19,758 bases of DNA from Chloroflexota bacterium (GTDB taxonomy: Bacteria; Chloroflexota; Anaerolineae; Caldilineales; Caldilineaceae), in the NCBI GenBank assembly GCA_039029935.1, contig JBCCFC010000074.1, forward strand, positions 1-19,758, read 5' to 3'. This document shows positions 16,710 through 19,758 of the stretch, piece by piece. Positions within the stretch are counted from its first letter, which is position 1, and each line of letters begins with the position of its first letter. The translations under genes and the position numbers were made by a program. The notes below the pieces were generated by a model that worked only from the letters and a program-made list of their open reading frames with translations, was not told where the DNA came from and ran no database searches.

Positions 16710-17714
16710 ATGTCGTATCTACTCGCTGGCGATATTGGGGGGACAAAGACGAGCCTAGCGATTATTTCCGCAGAGGCAGGGCCGGGTGCGCCTTTGCAAG
16801 AGGCGACGCTGCCGAGTGGGGCGTATGATAGCCTAGAAGCGTTAACCACTGAATTTTTACAGGATGTTGAGTACACCGTTGACCGTGCCTGTTTTGGTGT
16901 CGCGGGTCCGGTCGTGGGTGGCAACGCAACCATCACCAACTTGCCTTGGGTGATGAGCGAAACCCACTTGGCCGAAACGCTCAATCTACAACGCGTGGAC
17001 CTCATCAATGACTTGGTGGCTGTGGCAACGGCTGTACCCAATCTGCCGCCAGAGGACTTGCATGTCCTCAACGATGCTCAGGCCGACCCTACTGGTCCCA
17101 TCGCAGTTTTTGCACCGGGGACGGGGCTGGGTGAGGCGTACTTGGTGCATAATGGCCGTCATTACCGCGCCTATCCGTCCGAAGGGGGACATGCTGACTT
17201 TGCGCCCAATGATCTATTGGAAGCAGAGCTGTGGCGATTTTTGTTTGAGAAATTTCAAGGACATGTAAGCTGGGAGCGTGTGTGTTCAGGCATTGGCATC
17301 CCCAATATCTATGAATTTTTCAAAAGCCGCAATCCTGGCGAAGAGCCTGCATGGTTGGCGGCGGCACTGGCGGAGGCAAGCGACATCACACCCATCATTG
17401 TCAACGCCGCGTTGAGCAAAGAGACAAATCCAGAAAACTATTGCAGCTTATGTGCGCAGACGCTCGACCTGTTTATTGCCCTCATGGGGGCAGAGGCGGG
17501 CAACCTTGCACTCAAGGTGCTATCAACGGGTGGTGTCTATCTTGGTGGTGGCATCCCGCCACGCATCCTCTCCTCGATTGAGCAGGGGCGATTTATGGAG
17601 CGCTTCTTGGACAAGGGCAGACTCTCGCCAGTGTTGGAAAAGACACCCGTCTATGTTATCTTAAATGCACAGGCCGCACTCTTTGGTGCGGCCTGTTATG
17701 GATTAGAGAATTGA
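16710..17714 (+). CDS. glk: Glucokinase (Glk family, PF02685).
   Basis: RBS [27 protein letters not shown]... corresponds to E. coli Glk [55 protein letters not shown] corresponds to Glk [54 protein letters not shown] corresponds to ERVLSGPGLVNLYRA. Confidence 0.9.
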   Translation: [334 protein letters not shown]

Positions 17715-17784
17715 GGTATTTAGATTGGTCCAATCTTCTTATCACGAAACATCAACTTACCTTGTCATTCATAAGGAATAGAAA

Positions 17785-19476
17785 ATGAGTCAACTCACAA
17801 CAACATTGGGTATCAACAACGTAGACAACTATCAGGCAGATATTGACGCGGCCATAACCGCTGCACAGGACGGCTCTATCGTCTCTCGCATTTGGGACCA
17901 TGACCACACCGTTTGGCGACCCGACCCCACCGAAATTACCAATCGCTTGGGCTGGCTGCATAGCCCTGTCAACATGCGTGAAAACATCGCAGGCATCACA
18001 GCACTGGTCGATGCTGTTAAAAGCGATGGCTATGAGCGTGTTGTCGCACTCGGCATGGGTGGCTCTAGTCTTGCGCCCGAAGTCTTCCAGAAAGTCTATG
18101 GCAAGCCTGCTGGACCTGATAATGACTATCTGGCAGTGACTATTTTTGATAGCACAGACCCTGATATGCTGCGTGATCTAGAGAGTAACATTGAGTTGAG
18201 CAAGACGCTAATCATCGTCGCCACCAAATCAGGTGGAACCGTAGAGACGCTCTCGGGCTTTAAGTATTTCTACAACCGTATAGTTGACACTCTGGGTGCA
18301 GAAAATGCGGGTCAACATTTTGTCGCTATCACCGATCCGGGGAGCCGATTGGAGGACATTGCGCAGAAATTTAACTTCCGTGAAACCTTCCTTAACGACC
18401 CCAACATTGGCGGACGTTATGCAGCCTTATCCTATTATGGCATGGTGGCTGCGGGGTTGGTTGGCGTGGACATGGCGACGCTGTTAGATCGGGCAGCGGT
18501 GATGTCCTGTAATAATGCGAGTCAAGGGGCAGGAAAGGACACTGAGAATCTCGGTACAAAAATTGGTATCATTATGGGTGTACTTGCCAAAGCGGGACGC
18601 GACAAAATCACCTTTATTGCCTCGCCCGCCATTGAATCTTTTGGCGATTGGGTCGAGCAGTTAATCGCTGAAAGTACAGGCAAAGAAGGCAAGGGCATTC
18701 TCCCTGTTGTGGGCGAAGCAGTGGGATCGCCAGATGTCTATAGGGATGACCGACTGTTTGTACATCTTCGTTTGCCAGAAAACAATGCTGATCCCCATGA
18801 TGCTGCCGTGCAGTCCCTTATCGACGCAGGTCAGCCTGTCCTCACCTTGACCCTCACCGACCTCTATGACCTGGGTGGGCAATTCTTCCTCTGGGAGGTG
18901 GCAACCGCTATTGCCAGCCATGTCATCGACATTCAGCCCTTTGACCAGCCCAATGTCGAGTCAGCCAAAGTGCTGGCGCGTCAGATGGTGGCCGAGTATA
19001 TGGAGAAGGGTGAGCTACCAGCAGGTGAAACGGCTCCACTGACCGCCGCGTCGCTGGAGACATTCCTAGCGCAGGCGAAAGCTGGCGACTATATTTCCAT
19101 TCACGCCTATGTCAACCCAACCGCTGAAGCCAACGCAGCCGTTAATGAGCTACGACTGGCACTACGCGATAAGTTAAAATTAGCAAGCACAGTCGGCTAC
19201 GGACCACGCTTCCTGCATTCAACAGGTCAACTGCACAAGGGTGATGGTGGCAACGGGCTATTCATTCAGTTCACCACCGACGCCATTGAGGATGTGGATA
19301 TTCCTGACGAGGCGGGTGAGACGGCATCAACCATGAGCTTTGGGGTATTGAAGAATTCGCAAGCGCTGGGTGATGCACAGGCATTGCTTGGCGAAGGACG
19401 ACGAGTCATCCGTTTTAATCTGGGACAGGATGTTGTGGGTGGTGTTGCTTCTTTGACAGAATCACTTGGTTCATGA
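17785..19476 (+). CDS. pgi: Glucose-6-phosphate isomerase (SIS-type PGI, 563 aa), of the form found as the PGI half of bifunctional transaldolase/PGI enzymes.
   Basis: RBS AAGGAA. RIWDHDHTVWRPDPTEITNRLGWL resembles the Tal-Pgi motif LWAKDASLW...EIANRLGWL. The SIS motif ERVVALGMGGSSLAPEVF is present. The protein is about 560 aa. Confidence 0.75.
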   Translation: MSQLTTTLGINNVDNYQADIDAAITAAQDGSIVSRIWDHDHTVWRPDPTEITNRLGWLHSPVNMRENIAGITALVDAVKSDGYERVVALGMGGSSLAPEVFQKVYGKPAGPDNDYLAVTIFDSTDPDMLRDLESNIELSKTLIIVATKSGGTVETLSGFKYFYNRIVDTLGAENAGQHFVAITDPGSRLEDIAQKFNFRETFLNDPNIGGRYAALSYYGMVAAGLVGVDMATLLDRAAVMSCNNASQGAGKDTENLGTKIGIIMGVLAKAGRDKITFIASPAIESFGDWVEQLIAESTGKEGKGILPVVGEAVGSPDVYRDDRLFVHLRLPENNADPHDAAVQSLIDAGQPVLTLTLTDLYDLGGQFFLWEVATAIASHVIDIQPFDQPNVESAKVLARQMVAEYMEKGELPAGETAPLTAASLETFLAQAKAGDYISIHAYVNPTAEANAAVNELRLALRDKLKLASTVGYGPRFLHSTGQLHKGDGGNGLFIQFTTDAIEDVDIPDEAGETASTMSFGVLKNSQALGDAQALLGEGRRVIRFNLGQDVVGGVASLTESLGS

Positions 19477-19497
19477 TAAAATAAGTAAGGAATTGAT

Positions 19498-19557
19498 ATG
19501 GTCAGACACAGCTACCTAATAAAAACTAGGTAGCTGTGTCTGACCATATTTCTATTT
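19498..19557 (+). terminator. Rho-independent terminator with an unusually long perfect 21-bp stem.
   Basis: atggtcagacacagctaccta / taggtagctgtgtctgaccat with loop ataaaaac, followed by atttctatttt. Confidence 0.75.
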
Positions 19558-19603
19558 TATATGACCTAAATTTCGATGTGGTGATTGAGGAGAAAACATC
19601 CTG

Positions 19604-19758
19604 ATGATAAAAATACCATATGCTGTACGTGATTTTGATGCATTAATTACCGAAAACTATCTCTATCTGGATCGAACAGACCGTATCCCTGTCATGGAAG
19701 ATTTAGGCAAAGAACTCCTCTTTCTACGTCCGCGTCGTTTTGGCAAGAGCCTGTGGCT
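19604..19758 (+). CDS. 3'-truncated AAA-ATPase-like protein with a C-terminal PD-(D/E)XK nuclease domain (PF09820/DUF1703 family). Only the N-terminus is in the window.
   Basis: RBS GGAG at 19589-19592, 11 nt before the ATG at 19604. MIKIPYAVRDFDALITENYLYLDRTDRIPVMEDLGKELLFLRPRRFGKSLW matches the family-defining N-terminus (MKKLPIGIQDFEKLRTENYLYVDKT...YFLSRPRRFGKSL). Confidence 0.7.
   Translation, partial: MIKIPYAVRDFDALITENYLYLDRTDRIPVMEDLGKELLFLRPRRFGKSLW

Noticed and set aside
16595-16828. 77-aa ORF overlapping the glk start.
   Set aside because: It has no RBS and overlaps the well-supported glk N-terminus in another frame. The product is low-complexity and unrecognisable.
14503-18921. 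Minus-strand ORFs of 65-133 aa inside the MVP-like, ycaQ, glk and pgi genes.
   Set aside because: All are embedded antisense to strongly supported genes. They have no RBS and no recognisable domains.

Overview
About 62% of the window is one 12.2-kb gene (883/898..13125, +) for a roughly 4080-aa cell-surface protein. It has an N-terminal signal/anchor helix, a hyper-acidic D/E/S/T low-complexity block, about 25 tandem bacterial Ig-like beta-sandwich domains (~75 aa each) joined by Pro/Thr/Ala linkers, and a C-terminal LPTTG sortase sorting signal with a hydrophobic helix and an RRRRDK tail. A 5'-truncated gene upstream (1..789) encodes a coiled-coil protein with 32-aa (96-nt) tandem repeats and a DUF4332-like helix-hairpin-helix C-terminus. 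Downstream of the giant gene, an AT-rich 270-nt spacer precedes a small XRE-family HTH regulator (13396..13653). A bacterial homolog of the eukaryotic major vault protein follows (13894..15282; about four MVP repeats, a shoulder domain and a cap-helix coiled coil). It lies 31 nt upstream of, and is probably co-transcribed with, a YcaQ/AlkZ-family interstrand-crosslink DNA glycosylase (15314..16519). Next come glucokinase (glk, 16710..17714), glucose-6-phosphate isomerase (17785..19476) and the N-terminus of an AAA-ATPase-like PD-(D/E)XK protein (19604..end). Three clear rho-independent terminators are visible. The repertoire (PT-linked Ig arrays, DUF4332, LPXTG, ~50% GC) points to a monoderm Chloroflexota-like genome (inference only). 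The most unusual element is the compact MVP homolog coupled to a DNA-crosslink repair glycosylase beside an XRE regulator. The second is the giant LPXTG Ig-array protein with slippage-prone perfect DNA repeats. There are no tRNA/rRNA genes, CRISPR arrays or transposases.
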